From Zootoca vivipara (taxonomy: Eukaryota), in the NCBI RefSeq assembly GCF_963506605.1, contig NC_083276.1:50344001-50408000 (forward strand): DNA of 64,000 nt, read 5' to 3'. Positions 14,249-27,903 of the stretch are shown piece by piece (the first letter of the stretch is position 1; every line of letters begins with the position of its first letter). The notes under the pieces were generated by a model, which was not told the DNA's origin, made no database searches, and saw only the letters and a program-made list of their open reading frames with translations. The position numbers were made by a program, and so were the translations under genes.

Positions 14249-14537
14249 CATAGCTGCCAAGTCTCCTGTTGAAAAATCCAGGATCAGCAGCTGCGCGGCA
14301 CCGGAAGTTGCTTCTACGCATGTCTGGACATGCATAGAAGCAACTTCCGGTGCCGGCGCTGCCCGATTTCCGGTGCCCAGACACGGGCAGAGCGGCACCT
14401 GAAAATGTGCAGAAGGAGCCTCCCTGGCAGGTAGGAAATCGGGGGATTTACGGGATTTTTTTCTATTCGGAATAACAGTGGGAAACGGATTAAAATCCGG
14501 GGGTTTCCCGCGAAAAACAGGAGACTTGGCAGCTATG
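14249..14537. mobile_element. hAT MITE (CATAGCTGCCAAGT TIR family)
   Basis: 22-bp perfect TIR catagctgccaagtctcctgtt, 8-bp TSD gtccatgc, CpG-rich. Confidence 0.9.
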
Positions 14538-14742
14538 GTCCATGCTAAAGAGGGTTTAGCATTAGATTCAGCTGTTCAAGAATCCTTTTAGAGGAGGCAT
14601 TAGCATGAATAAGCATTGGTGTTGCATTATAAAAACTTCAGTAATTCAAAAGTAATGTTGTGATCACTTTCCCACATTTTAAAAATCAATAATTCATACA
14701 AACTCCAAGTAGCACTTATACACACATGGTCACAGTTTCTTG

Positions 14743-14979
14743 AAAATAAAAAAAGTCCTTCCAGTAGCACCTTAGAGACCAACTAAGTTTGTTCTGGGTA
14801 TAAGCTTTCGTGTGCATGCACACTTCTTCAGATACACTTCTTCAGATCATGTACACTTCTTCATGCACACAAAAGCTCATACCAATGACAAACTTAGTTG
14901 GTCTCTAAGGTGCTACTGGAAGGACTTTTTTTATTTTGTTTCGACTACGGCAGACCAACACTGCTACTTACCTGTAATT
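14743..14979 (+). mobile_element. palindromic Penelope-like (pseudo-LTR) insert, copy A
   Basis: about 75 bp inverted arms (gtagcaccttagagaccaactaagtttg / caaacttagttggtctctaaggtgctac) plus unpaired 3' tail ...cagaccaacac..cctgtaa. Confidence 0.8.
14798..14835 (-). ncRNA. minimal type I hammerhead ribozyme motif of a Penelope-like element
   Basis: minus strand reads GUAU-CUGAAGA-A-GUGUGCAUGCACAC-GAAA-GC-UU-AUAC: stem I GUAU/AUAC, complete core, palindromic stem II, minimal stem III. Confidence 0.75.
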
Positions 14980-16369
14980 TTAGCTTTTGTGAGGGTAGTT
15001 ATGCAGTACTTTCTTTGAAAATGATATTTCAAAAGGTGGGGTTAAAAAAAAGAGAGCTGGGGAAGCCATATTCAAGAAACTATTCATTCACCTTTAAAAA
15101 AACAATACCCTAGAAGGTCCCAAAGCTAATATTTTAGAAGAAAGCTGTCCATTCATCAAATAGCAAGGCATTGTTGCAGATGAAGTGGTATGTCCTTGCT
15201 GATGTCTGCCACATTTTTAAAGGAGTTTTATACTGCAGTTGTACAGTGTGTGAGCAGCTTGACTTGGTACAAAAAATTAAGCAATTTTCAAAGGTCACAA
15301 AACAAGGCAGTCATGGGGGAGGAGGAGGTGCTGTTTACCTAGTGGTGTCACAGGTACTCCCAGACAACTGCCTACATTTTTCTCACAATTGCTATGTTCT
15401 ATCTAAAATGCACATTCAGTCTGAGCAGCCCCCCCCCCCCGGGTGGAATGAGATGTGCCTAGTATGCAGTAGTGGTGAGGCTGTGACAAATCATGCCCCT
15501 GTTTTACTGCTGGCAGACTGTTAACACAAGATTTGCATGTCAGCATGTCTGCTATTCATATTGCCAATAAGTGTTTACTTACTTCAATGGCCACTTACTT
15601 GTTAAAAGCTGAATCTAAAATAAGTGGCCATTTATACTGGAGAGCGATTTAGTCAGTTCAGTACATGCTAAATCATTTCCTTTCTTCAATGGCAGGGATT
15701 ACAATTCAGTTTGCTTTTTGAAATGCTGTATAAATTATAAGTGTTGCCTATTTTACATATTTACTTACCTGATTTAATCACACATGTTCTTGAATAACTA
15801 ACAGCTGATTTGAATTTCCTGTAACTTATTTAGCTGAAATGACAAGCTTATCAAAAAGTGCATGCAAACAGACATCTCTGCTCCATAAGCCATTTAAGTG
15901 ATCTCTTTCTGTATTCAGCAAAGTTACAATAAAAATCTATTCCTTGTCCCAACTTTTGCAGTTCCTAACTTTCAATGCATTGTGTATTTTAGAGAGCCTT
16001 CAGCAATGAACATGTCCTATTAAAGTTTTAATCTCAGCCATTAAAGACATGCTGATTCTGCAAGGGAAACTTTAACTGTGCTACCACTCAGACCCACTTA
16101 AGGTTACATCAACAGTTTTCTTTAAAGTAGGAAGTGATTTGTAACTAGGGAACTGTATAGAATAGAATTGAAGGAAAGCAGTTTTATATGATGAATGCTG
16201 AAGAAAGCATCAGTTTCTTGTGCATATTCCTAAAGTTGTGGCCTTTTGTTGCCTGGCTTAATGAGTTTTGTTCAAGAACTAGTTTAACGTATGTTTTAGA
16301 ACCATCACCCAACCCACTGAGATAAGAGAATGAATCACAGCAATGATATATAAAAAGTATAAATACAGA

Positions 16370-16590
16370 TACTGCATTTTAAACCTGCACATCGCCAAGA
16401 TGCTCAAAACAGCTTGCAAGTTCTCCTTACTTCTCACTTTAGCCTAATAACCACCCTGGGAGATAGGTTAGGCCCAGAGAGTGGATGGTCCAAGGTCACA
16501 CAGTGAGCTGAATGGTTGAGTGGGAATTTGAACCTGGATTTCCCCAGCCACAGTCCAACACTATTAATGTAACTGCTGCACTAGCCTGGC
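16370..16590 (-). mobile_element. old CORE-type SINE, antisense
   Basis: ccaaggtcacacagtgagct..gggaatttgaacctgg is the reverse complement of the same family. Confidence 0.65.
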
Positions 16591-17004
16591 TTTCCTTATT
16601 ACTGTAGTTGTGGCTTTACAGTATTTTCCAGTGCATTCCTATTGACATTTTCTTATTTATACTTTACTCCTGCTTCTATTGCAATGTTGATTGTTGCAAT
16701 CCCCCCCCCTCAATTTTTTATTCTTGCCCAAGCATTGCATTTTTCTGCAGCTGACCTCTGTGCCAGCTCCTAAAAACAGCTTGTCGCAATACAATGTTGA
16801 AGAACATGGCCTACCCACCCACCCACACTTTCTGTTTCACTTTCTTCAAGTGGGGTACTGCCTTCATGAAATAGATTGGGAATAGGCTTACAGGCCTCAC
16901 ATTGGGCGGGGTATAAATAATAAATTATTATTATTATTATTATTTTGTGAAGTTGGTATTGGGAGAAGGAACACATCATTTGCCAGCCTCATGTGGTTCC
17001 TCTA

Positions 17005-17125
17005 TTTAGGGATGCTTTTAATGTTTAATCGATTATTTTATTTTATCTTTCTGTTGGAAGCCGCCCAGAGTGGCTGGGGAAACCCAGCCAGATGGGCGGG
17101 GTATAAATAATAAATTATTATTATT
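17005..17125 (+). mobile_element. L2 3' UTR fragment
   Basis: same 3' UTR as the 51605 copy, (tta)n tail; shorter tail pieces also near 1553-1627 and 16900-16945. Confidence 0.82.
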
Positions 17126-17275
17126 TCTATAGATGTTTGTTGGATCACTGTGGTGTGTGCTTGGCTATAGAGAAGCAGGTCCCATATTGCTCTATTAATG
17201 CATGAATTAGAATGAACTCTGCCTGCATCATGTATTATATGCCTTTTCAAAGGAGCTACATTAGGGTTGCAACTA

Positions 17276-17463
17276 CAGTGGAACCTCGGTTTATGAACAC
17301 CTCGGTTTACGAATTTTCGGTTTACGAATGCCGCGGAACCATCTGGAACAGATTAATTCACTTTCCATTACTTTCAATGGGAAAGTTCGCTTCAGTTTAT
17401 GAACGTTTCAGTTTATGAACAGACTTCTGGAACCAATTGTGTTCATAAACCGAGGTACCACTG
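17276..17463. mobile_element. Tc1/mariner (Tigger-like) MITE
   Basis: TA|cagtggaacctcggtttatgaaca ... tgttcataaaccgaggtaccactg|TA. Confidence 0.88.
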
Positions 17464-17750
17464 TATAGAAATGGCACCTAGTGTTATCTTTTTAAATTTA
17501 TAAAACAATTCTTTACAATTCTTTATAAATTACTGTTGTTTTTATATCTGCTTTTTCATCAGCATGTTTAGTATTTCTAATGATGTTGGTGTGTATGCTT
17601 CCACATGGGCGCTCACACATAATTATGCACATCTTTCACATTCTCAGTCTTCTGAACTTTAAGTATTTAATAAAATGTAATTACTGCTACAGCTGGGAGT
17701 TATTTAAACATGGTCAAATTTTAAAGGATGGTAGTTAAAACCAATGGTAG

Positions 17751-18271
17751 AGAAAAGCAATGACAAACCTAGACAGCATCCTAAAAAGCAGAGACATCAC
17801 CTTGCCGACAAAGGTCCGTATAGTTAAAGCTATGGTTTTCCCAGTAGTGATGTATGGAAGTGAGAGCTGGACCATAAAGAAGGCTGATTGCCGAAGAATT
17901 GATGCTTTTGAATTATGGTGCTGGAGGAGACTCTTGAGAGTCCCATGGACTGCAAGAAGATCAAACCTATCCATTCTGAAGGAAATCAGCCCTGAGTGCT
18001 CCCTGGAAGGACAGATCGTGAAGCTGAGACTCCAATACTTTGGCCACCTCATGAGAAGAGAAGAATCCTTGGAAAAGACCCTGATGTTGGGAAAGATTGA
18101 GGGCACTAGGAGAAGGGGACGACAGAGGACGAGATGGTTGGACAGTGTTCTCGAAGCTACCAACATGAGTCTGACCAAACTGCGGGAGGCGGTGCAAGAC
18201 AGGAGTGCCTGGCGTGCTATGGTCCATGGGATCACGAAGAGTCGGACACGACTAAACGACTAAACAACAAC
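17751..18271 (+). mobile_element. RTE-clade BovB LINE, 5'-truncated 3' end
   Basis: ORF 17760..18263 MTNLDSILKSRDITLPTKVRIVKAMVFPVVMYG...SRTRLND is BovB ORF C-terminus; (caa)n tail; TSD agttaaaac (17733-17741 / 18272-18280). Confidence 0.95.
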
Positions 18272-18646
18272 AGTTAAAACTAGCTTTAGTATGATCAGCT
18301 AAAACTAAATGTTGTTTGAAAGGTGTAATGTGTGTGTTCATTTTTCTTCTCTCTCTCCATCCATAAATACACACAAGTGTACAAGTCACCTTTACTACAA
18401 AATATACTGTTTGTAAAAGTGCCTGATTTGCTGCTGCTAATCTTTGCAGTCCATATGTCACAGATAAATATGATTATACTAACCTTTTATTGAAATGTGT
18501 TTTTTTAATGAAGTATTTCTTTATTTTTAATGACCATGTTGAGTAATTCTCAGTGGTGTATATGATAAGAGGTATTTGATTTTATCAAATGTTTTCATTC
18601 AGGTGGTTCAGAAATAAACCTGATTTAATTGAAAACCTTAAGAGCC

Positions 18647-18659
18647 CCACTAGATGGCA
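18647..18659 (+). promoter_or_regulatory. candidate CTCF site CCACTAGATGGCA
   Basis: matches core consensus CCASYAGRKGGCR; motif match only. Confidence 0.45.
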
Positions 18660-20206
18660 ATCTCGGCAATTGATGCTGCAATGCTTTCTGCTTAGGTTGA
18701 CAACAATTTATGGAAATTAATCTTGAATTCATTTTGAGGTCACAGATCCAAGAAAAGCATTCCATATATCTACAGTATCACAGAACCTATGAAAGAAGTG
18801 TTTAAATCTGCCCAGATTGTGAATCTGGTAGTATTTTGCTCGTTCACTAATAGATACTTATATTTTAAAGCAGAATATAAAATGGTCCTTCTAACCTGAT
18901 TTTTACTGATAGAAATAAAGCTGACTGGTGGCAGTGACTTCAAAAAGTGGTTCTATTATTTCCTCTGTTTAACCCTACTGGGTGACCACTTGGCTACAGT
19001 GCAAAAAAGTTGAATCATAATTTTTAAAATCTATAACTTCACCTTTTATCACCCAAATACATATAAGCAGTCTCCATAAGTATTCATTCTTTTCCCAAGG
19101 AGAGGTGAAGAGTGGTCTTTCAATTATAAAAATTCTTATTCATCCATATACATTGAAATATTATTCATGGAAAAGCCCAGTAAGAAGAACTTTAAGTCGT
19201 TTCTTTTTACTTGAATTCACCAAACCAAACTATAATGTAGTTAATGGAAGTGGGCTTCTTTCCAGGCTGATCAAACTGAGCTGGTAAACATTTGCCAAGT
19301 TAAAATTATTTCTAGCCTGAAAATTAAGTTTGCTGTGTTTGGTATAGTATTGCATGGAAGAGCTGATTCGTGCTGTTGATATTTTTAATTATCTAGCTAT
19401 CTGTAGTTTGGGACATTTTTGTTACAAAGATGGATTTCCATTCATTGATAAAGGGCAGAATGTCAGAGAGGGATTTTGGAGGTGTGAGGGAAGGTTGAGC
19501 TTAATTTTGAACGAAGTATTTGATTATTTCTGTCCTGGTGCTTTTCAGGGTAGCAACTTCAGGATTGATTTGCTGGGCAGCCTGATCACAAGGGACTGCT
19601 TCAGTTGCAGCAGTTCACACAGGCTTGTGCTGCTGCAGTTAAAAGTACCATTCAGTTGACTTGACACACATTCAGCTCTGCTCCACTTGTCATTGAAAAG
19701 CCCTGAAACTCCCCTTACTCCAGCTACTTCCTGAGTGCAGCTACATGCTTATTCGGCAGGTCCAAGGCTGCCCATGCCCTCAAACATCTGTTGTGTCAAG
19801 TGGGGTGGTTGTGTCAGGGTGGCGTGGATTTTTCCAAATGCTGTCAGAGGCAGAACCGAGAGATTTTAGAAGCTGTTTCAGCAAAGCAGCTCATCGTGCT
19901 ATTAAACACATTAACACACTGTACATGCCCTTACTTGAAAATGCACCCAAGTCATTTCAGTAAAAGTTGTGGCTGGGTTTGCTTTCGTACACAAAAACTG
20001 TTTTACACGGCTGATAGCTCCCAGCTCTGTGGAACCTGGATATACTTTTATATTGCTATTACTACAAGATAGTGTTGCAGATAAATCAGGAACCTTGCTA
20101 GCTACACTTCAGTATCCCATCACAACAGCAGCTTGAGCAAGCTGGCACTTGCCCAGAAGAAATGGCTATTCATCCTGGATGAGCATTTTGCTGCAAGCCT
20201 CCAAAG

Positions 20207-20526
20207 CAGGGGTGGGGAACCAGTGCCTCATATTCCTGATTGGACCCACTAGGTCTCCTCGAATGATATTAGGTGTGTGGCATGTAAAGGTAGGGTTTGA
20301 ATGAAAGGCGCTTTGCAGGCACCACAAGAGCTGTCCAGGCACTGACTATCAGCGCTTGTGAACCACTGCATGCATTCCCACCCACTTTTGGCTTGATTTC
20401 AAACTGTGGGCAAACATGTATCACCTGGCAATTGATAAGGGGGTGGGCCAGCTGTCACACTTTGCCTGTGGGTGTATGTGGAGATAAGGACCTGACCCTC
20501 CTGCCATGTCCAGTTCCCCACTCCTG
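20207..20526. mobile_element. older hAT MITE
   Basis: termini caggggtggggaac / gttccccactcctg, TSD ctccaaag / cttcaaag. Confidence 0.7.
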
Positions 20527-22215
20527 CTTCAAAGGAATGTATTCAGGGTTGTTCTAGACATGTGAATGTCAGTAATGAAAAACTTCAGATAATATGAAAT
20601 TTAGTAAATATTGTGGGAAATACACTGGCACATGAACACATTAAACTTATGATTTTCAGCCCTTCTGTTGTCAGTGAACATATTTTATTAATTGAGGGTT
20701 ACATAAAAAGCATATCTTTGCCATCTTCCCTTTAAATATTTTTTCTGCCTTAACCCATAAGATACTCAAACTTCAGCAGTCATATTTTTCTGTGATCCTT
20801 GATACTGCTACTAGCAAAATGGTGCTCTTTTTTGTATATTTTGGTCCTAAAATATCACAGCACTTTATCTCCTGCTTGTTGAATAATACAGATTATTATT
20901 TATAGATTTAATATTATATACTAGGAAATCAAGGCATATCCAGTGAGGTACAATTTTGCATTTCAAACTATTTGATGGTGTCCCTTGAATTTTCTATTCC
21001 TGCGTTCTTTGTGAGTCAGAAGTAAATTATTTGCTGTCTTTGAAGTAGATCCTAGAAATAGTTTTTACAAGTATCTTTTACAGCTGAAATTTAGCATATC
21101 AAAGCATTTTTTCTTATGGTGTACACATTTATATAATGATTCTCTTGTAAGATTGAAACAGTAGTGAGAGTTGAAAAGTAGTATGGGAGTTTGCATAGTT
21201 GTAAATGGCAATACTCAAAAAAGGAATTATTTATGAAGGGCAAGTATCTGCAAGTTTTAATGAAACATTTGTCCAGGATCTTAATGCTCTTTCTTGCAAT
21301 TTAAAATTTTACAATATCTGCAATTGAAGATTATTACTTTTTCCCTAGGCTCAGCTATATTTTTTTGCTGCCATCACAATGAAGCTAAGCCCTTCCGTAG
21401 CTACCTATTGCCCGAACTTGTAATAGAATATCCTAGGTAGCTATGGATGTTACAGACTGTTTCTGGTTTGTCCTTAATTGGGAAAAGAAAATGTTTAAGT
21501 TTAACTGATGTAAAAATTGTGGAGAAATGGTATACATACAACTAGGCATAGGCATTATAACCTGAAAACTTGCAAACCACATTCCTCATATAAAATAGTT
21601 TTAAAGTGACAGATTAAGGAGCATTTTATTTAACTTTTGATGGCTGAGTAATGGCTGTGAAAACTCTCAAACTATCTGATTCAGAAAGTAGCAGCAAAAT
21701 GGCTGTTTATATATATGTATTATATATTAATATATTTAAATAGTTACTTCTTTCTGAAAGTACTGTGCATTCTTTTGGCATTGCACATGGACAGCAAATA
21801 TATAAGGGCCAATTCGTATATTCATGTTCCTCACATGTAAGTTATCTTCAATCAGTATAAATGAAACACCACTGAACTTTCTCATTGACCAATATCATCT
21901 TAAGCACAGTGCTCATCAGTTGAGTCAGTTCACATATTCAGCTGTCGGTCATTGATTGATGAGAAATCAAGTAATTGTATATGCATATGTGAACTGAACC
22001 TTAGTTTGCATGTGGCCTCAGTGTAGTCCCACATATTGGTTCTGAGTCTGTACAGAGCAACATAGGGAACCTTCTAGCACTAACCCAGTAATGTTTGTTT
22101 TTTGGCATGGGAGCCCACCTAGCAGCCGCGTGTTCATTGGGATATGGTCTGTGCCTTTGAACTTGGTTCCTCTCAGGGAAGCTTGCATGGTACCAACTTC
22201 GTCATTCTTCTGGTA

Positions 22216-22511
22216 CAGTGGTGCCTCGACTTATGAATTTAATCCGTTCCGAAGGCACCTTCGGAGGTCGAAAAATTTGTAAGTTAAAAAGCGCCATTGG
22301 AAACACGATTTCCCATAGGAATGCATTGGAAACGGAAAAATTTGTAAGTCGAAGCAACCCCAGCTAAAAATTCGTAAGTAAAAAAAACGCTATCTAAAAC
22401 TGCCACGGTTTTCGTTTGGATGTTGAGAAATTCGTAAGCGTGTGGCCATTTGCCCCATCCGTAAGTCGAAAAATTCGGTTGTCGAGTCGATCGTAAGTCG
22501 AGGTACCACTG
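22216..22511. mobile_element. Tc1/mariner (Tigger-like) MITE
   Basis: TA|cagtggtgcctcgactta ... taagtcgaggtaccactg|TA. Confidence 0.88.
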
Positions 22512-22605
22512 TATTTTTATTCTCCTGGACGTTTGGTCAGCACTAATGATCTGGGTTTCAGTCACTTATTTTTTGGTGTTTGTGCTTAAGTGCGTGAAGT
22601 GGTTG

Positions 22606-22628
22606 TGTGTGTGTGTGTGTGTGTGTGT
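22606..22628. repeat. (GT)n microsatellite
   Basis: direct reading. Confidence 0.9.
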
Positions 22629-23081
22629 ATTATTTAAAGGATTTTCAGTTGTATTTCATGTCTTTGCATGTAAATCACTATGGGATTTCCTTTGGCTGTG
22701 TTAAGCAGTGCATACATTGAATAAACTAACATAGAACATAATATATAGGTGAGATACATTCTGGAATAATGATTTAAGTTCCACCAAAGGACTATGAATT
22801 CAACAAACAAGCAGTGGTGTATTTTTGGGGGAAACAAGCTTTTTGAAATAGAGACAGGAAGGAGTTACTTGGACAAGGAAGAAAGGAAGCTATAATGGCA
22901 ACAACAGGAAGCCAACCCATGATCTGCCTGAGAGACAGCAGATTGAATGCTGCCCTGGGACATGGAAATGTAACATCCACAAAGATAAAACATAAAAATG
23001 GAGAAGCAACAGGAATAGACTCCATACCTCTCACTCCAATGGGCATCAACCACTCTAACCACAGAAGGGCAGAAGGACAGA

Positions 23082-23271
23082 AGAATCATAGAGTTGGAAG
23101 AGACCACAAGGGCCATCCAGTCCAACCCCCGGCCAAGCAGGAAACACCATCAAAGCATTCTTGACATATGCCTGTCAAGCCTCTGCTTAAAGACCTCCAA
23201 AGAAGGAGACTCCACCACACTCCTTGGTAGCAAATTCCACTGCTGAACAGCTCTTACTGTCAGGAAGTTCT
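23082..23271 (-). mobile_element. CR1 LINE 3' fragment
   Basis: agaatcatagagttggaagagaccacaagggccatccagtccaacccc is the reverse complement of a CR1 3' end. Confidence 0.8.
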
Positions 23272-24609
23272 ATCTAGAAGAAGAATCCCTTCTAGATCAG
23301 ACCCAAAGACCTTATCTAGTCCAGCATTCTGTTTTCTTCAGAGACACACCAGATGCTTCCAGGAAGCCCTTAATAAGGATATAACAGCAAACATTGCTCT
23401 CCTACTGTTGTTTCCCAGGATCTGGTAGTTGGAGAAATGCTGTGTCTGATTTGGGAGTGCAGCTTATAACCACTGTAGCTTATAGCCATTGATAACCTTG
23501 TCTTCCAAAATATGGCAACTCCAGAGCGGGCACCTGGCTTACACGTTGGATACTTGCTGTAGAGCTCATTTATGAGCTGCATTAAACTGGGAGTGGGGAA
23601 AATCCTTGTCTCACTGCCCATTGAAAGGAGGCCAGAGGAACATGGTGATGGTAATAAGTCGTGAGCTGCTGCCACTCATGTTTGTTCATTTATTTTCTTA
23701 CATTTTTATAGGCACTCCATAGCAGGAGTTATTTGGGCAAGCTCACAAATGAAAACAAACATTAAAATGCAGTATAAAACAGTAATAACCAAAGCAAATT
23801 AATTAAACTGAAACACAATTGAAAAAAACTTTAGTCACAACACTTTGTCACAGGCATTCATTAGGTGTTGGTGGGTACATTCTTGAGAGAAGATACTGCA
23901 ATTTTCATTCTCTGTATCTCAGTATCTGTATCTCAGGCTAGCTCCTCACTGTTTCCTCTTGTGGCTGTGTTCAGAGCTTCCCCTATTGTGACAATACTCT
24001 CCTATCTAATGTAGGGAGTTGCACTGGAATTCTATCTGGTTTCTTCCTCCCCTGCTTTCCATGTGCCCTGGTATAGATTACCTGGAATGGCTGGGATTCA
24101 CCAATAAAATATATCTTGTGCTTCCCCATTGCCTGCACTGTTACATAGTTGGAACTTACTGTATGTTGTGGTTCATGGCCATCAGGACCCTCTTACAGAA
24201 GTTGCATGTATGCACTGTGAATGGGACGCTATTCCTACCCAATGTGTAAGGGAGGATTATTGCCCAATGCCCATACAGTTTCCCTCTCACAGGTAGGAAC
24301 AAGAAAGACACATCTCCAGCTATAGGCATTTGAGTGTTCTCTGTTGACCCATCCATACACGCTCTTAGTTGTATGGGCATTCCTTGTCCTTGAAGCCCAG
24401 TTATAGCAGTGGAGTTGGGTTTCTGTTTGAGTTTGCTGAGGTTTGCATTTGCAGGTTGGAAAGGAGTTCTGAGAAGACAAGTGGGTGATGTTAGTGCTGG
24501 CAGAGTTCTCATCCGACAAATTTTCCTTGACTCTCAAGTTCTTTAGACATAAGGACTGAATGATGTAGCCCTCTGTCATGTGCAGGCAAAGTTAAACTGT
24601 ATAGTAGTA

Positions 24610-24846
24610 CAGCCATACCTCGGGTTGTGAACGTGATTCGTGCGGGAGGCGCATTCTCAACGTGCAACCCGCAGAGCCGCGTGTGACGTGATTCGGCACT
24701 ACTGCTCATGCACATGATGCCATTTTGTGTTTCTGCGCATGCACGAGCGCCAAAATATGGAAGTAACCCATTCTAGTACCGGGTTCGGCGCAGTCCACAA
24801 CCCGAAAACACGCAACCCGCAGTGTTCGCAACTCAAGGTATGACTG
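24610..24846. mobile_element. Tc1/mariner (Tigger-like) MITE
   Basis: TA|cagccatacctcgggttg ... caactcaaggtatgactg|TA. Confidence 0.82.
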
Positions 24847-27800
24847 TATAACACAAATGTAATGTTAGCACATACTGTATATAGTATATGAAATGACTGA
24901 ATGGATAATAATAATGGGATTTTGTAGCACTCCTATCCACATCTAGCAGGAGTAATTTGAGAATAGGATTAAACTATAAGTAAGAAATATTTTTTTCTAA
25001 GTTTTTCCAAGTTTAAAGGAAACATCTATTCATATTTATTTGCTTTATTAAGAAATACGGGATATTCATAGTACTGCTTTTAATTTCAGTGTTCTAGCTT
25101 CAACAAAGTATGCGAACTCTTGCTTAATTTGATTTTGCATTTCAGCATTTGAACATTTGGAAGGCTCTTGTATTGTGGCCCATCTGAGTTACCATAGAAA
25201 CCGGAGACCTTCATCCTTGTTATTAGAAATGGAATGCAAACAGGGCATCAAAGCAATGTTTTTCATGTATGAATGGCAGCCCTAGACAATCCAAACTTGA
25301 ACGATTTTTATTGGTTCTTCTCTGTCATGGAATGTAATATTTAAGGCTCCAGGCAGCCCCCCTTCCTCAAAAGAGTAAGTGCAGAAAGCAAATTTGTGGT
25401 ATCAATAGCAGTTCCTTTTTGGTGTGTGAATGTAACTTGTGGACTGGTCTATTTGCCTAGCACAGAGGGTTTGTTTTATTATCAGCTTAAGGTGTTCTAA
25501 GAAAGCTGCTCTGCAAAAAAAATGTGGGAGCAAGTGCTGCTGCTGCAAGTTTGCGTAAAAAATATCCAGTGCAGTGCCTAGTGTATTCTTTTACATAAAA
25601 AAGCCTGTTCACTACTTCTCTTTAAGAACGAGATGTAATTTTTTAAAAATGTAATCATTCAGGAGACTATCCATCTGACAGATGTGTTTACAAGATTTTA
25701 TACAACTTTCCATCCTCTGTATATGACTGTGCATTCAGCAGTATTTCAGGGAATATTAATGCCTGGTCTCCATGACAAAGAACCTCTGAAATGCACCACT
25801 AAATGCTGACTGACTCAGCTGCCTTTGTGCCTCAAAATGAATTTCTAATATAGGCTAAGAATGTCTTTCTAAACAACTTGCTCATCAACAAAAAACCAAG
25901 CTCAGTCAGCACCGTTTGTGAGGATAGGGACATTTTAATGGTGTGTTTATTTGGCGGTTGTGAGTGGAGTAGAGAATAATAATAATCTAGGGACACTTTG
26001 TGTATCATGCTTTTTTAAAAACCAGTGTCACTTATGCATGGGACATGCGCTCAGAACAGAAATCACACCCATGGCAACTTCTACATTTATTTTCATGAGG
26101 TGACAACTTGCTGTTTTCCCTAACATGTCTGTCCATTCTTTATTAACTCAGGGTGGTCCTTTAGACACCCATGTGGGTAGACAGAGGTGTTAATTCAAAT
26201 TCCTATGCAAATATAGGATCTCTAACCTTGTCTTGGGCAAGTCACTGTGAAACCTTATTTTCCCTCCAGTCCATCCATGCCTTCAAAAACACACGTTTGC
26301 TTAGTACATTCTTCAAATTTCATTCTTTGGAAACATTTTCCATGTTGATGGATAAATATCTGTACCTAGTGATGATAGTGAGGAAGGTGTTCTTCTGCGC
26401 TTTAAAGTTTCGTGGCTAGAGCTTCCTTTGAAGCTACTGTTTATTTCCTCTGCTTTTCCCTCATGGATTTCAGAATTCACAATTCCAGTGGTTGGCTCTG
26501 TGTTTTATGAAACTCTTAAATACTTGATATTTTTGTTAGGCATTTGGAGTTCTAATCCCCCTCATGTTTTTGTAGTAGTTCATTTCCTTTACAATAAATA
26601 ATACTCTGATATCTCTGAAGTCATGTTTGTGATGAAAAGGTATGTGTTCGTGTATACACAATAGTTATTTTAATTTGTTAAAGTGAACATTTGGGGTCCT
26701 CGGTGTTCTATTTGGGTTTTAGACACTGGATAACCAATTTAAAAAACAACAACACAGGGCAGTGATCTTTTAAAAAACATTAGCTAGTGTGAACACAGAT
26801 CTGGGGAAAGTGTAATATAAATATAAATGCATTAATTAACTGGCTGATAAAACTAGCACAAAGACAATTAGCTCTGAGCTAACTTTTTAAAATCTGATGG
26901 AACAGAATAAACTCTGCTCCAGTAAGGAAGAAAAAAAAAAGGCCTGTGATTGAAAATCAACAACCCTGCAGTAATGCATAAATGAATAGGTAAAACCAAT
27001 ATCTTCACTTGCTGCAAGCACACGACCTCCCCCAAGAAATTTGGAAGCTCTATTGTTAAGGGTTATGGGAATTGTAGTTCTGTGTGGGGTAAACTATGGT
27101 TCCCAGAATTCTTGAGGGGAAGTCATGTACTTTAAATGTATGGTATGTACTCAACCCAAGAATGAGCCAATCACTAGTGGTTGAGCACAGCAACCACAGA
27201 ATATTACAAAACCAGTTATGGTCATTTGTGTTGTTGCAGTTCACACATTTAAGAAGTGGAGAATTTGTCCACGTTTTCCCTGTGGCAAATTGGTTGGCTG
27301 TATTTATCCAGAGTGTGCAACACTTAAAAAAAACCTCTGATCATATTATTGACTGCTTCAGTTCTGTGTTCCTCGGGGTTTTTTTCTTTTCCATTTTTGT
27401 GTAAGGGGGGACCAGCAGCACCTCATCATTATAAAGAAGCATAAGGAAAAATAGCATTCTTGACACAGAGGTTAAACCTCAAGAGGCTATATTATTAATA
27501 GACCCAACTTTAAGAATATGCTGTCATTTATGTGCTCAGTGTTGAAAAGTATAGATAGATTTAATGTTTGCTAACTAGTTTTTATTTAGACATTTTTACT
27601 AGAAAGGGAAGGGAAATTACTTTTTTTTTTAAAAAAAGTTTCATTTTATATTCTCATTGGACAGTTATTCTGTAATGCCATGCTTGATTTGCTGAACACT
27701 CTTCAGTTGGGAAGATTCCACAATGAGGGAGAGCACCTCAACGTGCATTTTGATATGATGAATCATTTCTCAGTTGTTAAACCTGTATTTTTGGTAGTTG

Positions 27801-27903
27801 TTTTCATTTGCTTGAGCTTTATGGAAAGGCAGGAAGAGCTAGACATTGGCCATTACCAAGATCTGGGTGGATGAGACCCATCTTAGCTCTACTCGCTTAG
27901 GTA

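Noticed and set aside
17735-18235. 166-aa minus-strand ORF
   Set aside because: Antisense shadow of the BovB coding frame
22320-22500. Recurring cgtaagt motifs resembling a spaced repeat array
   Set aside because: Subterminal repeats of a Tigger-like MITE, not a CRISPR-like array
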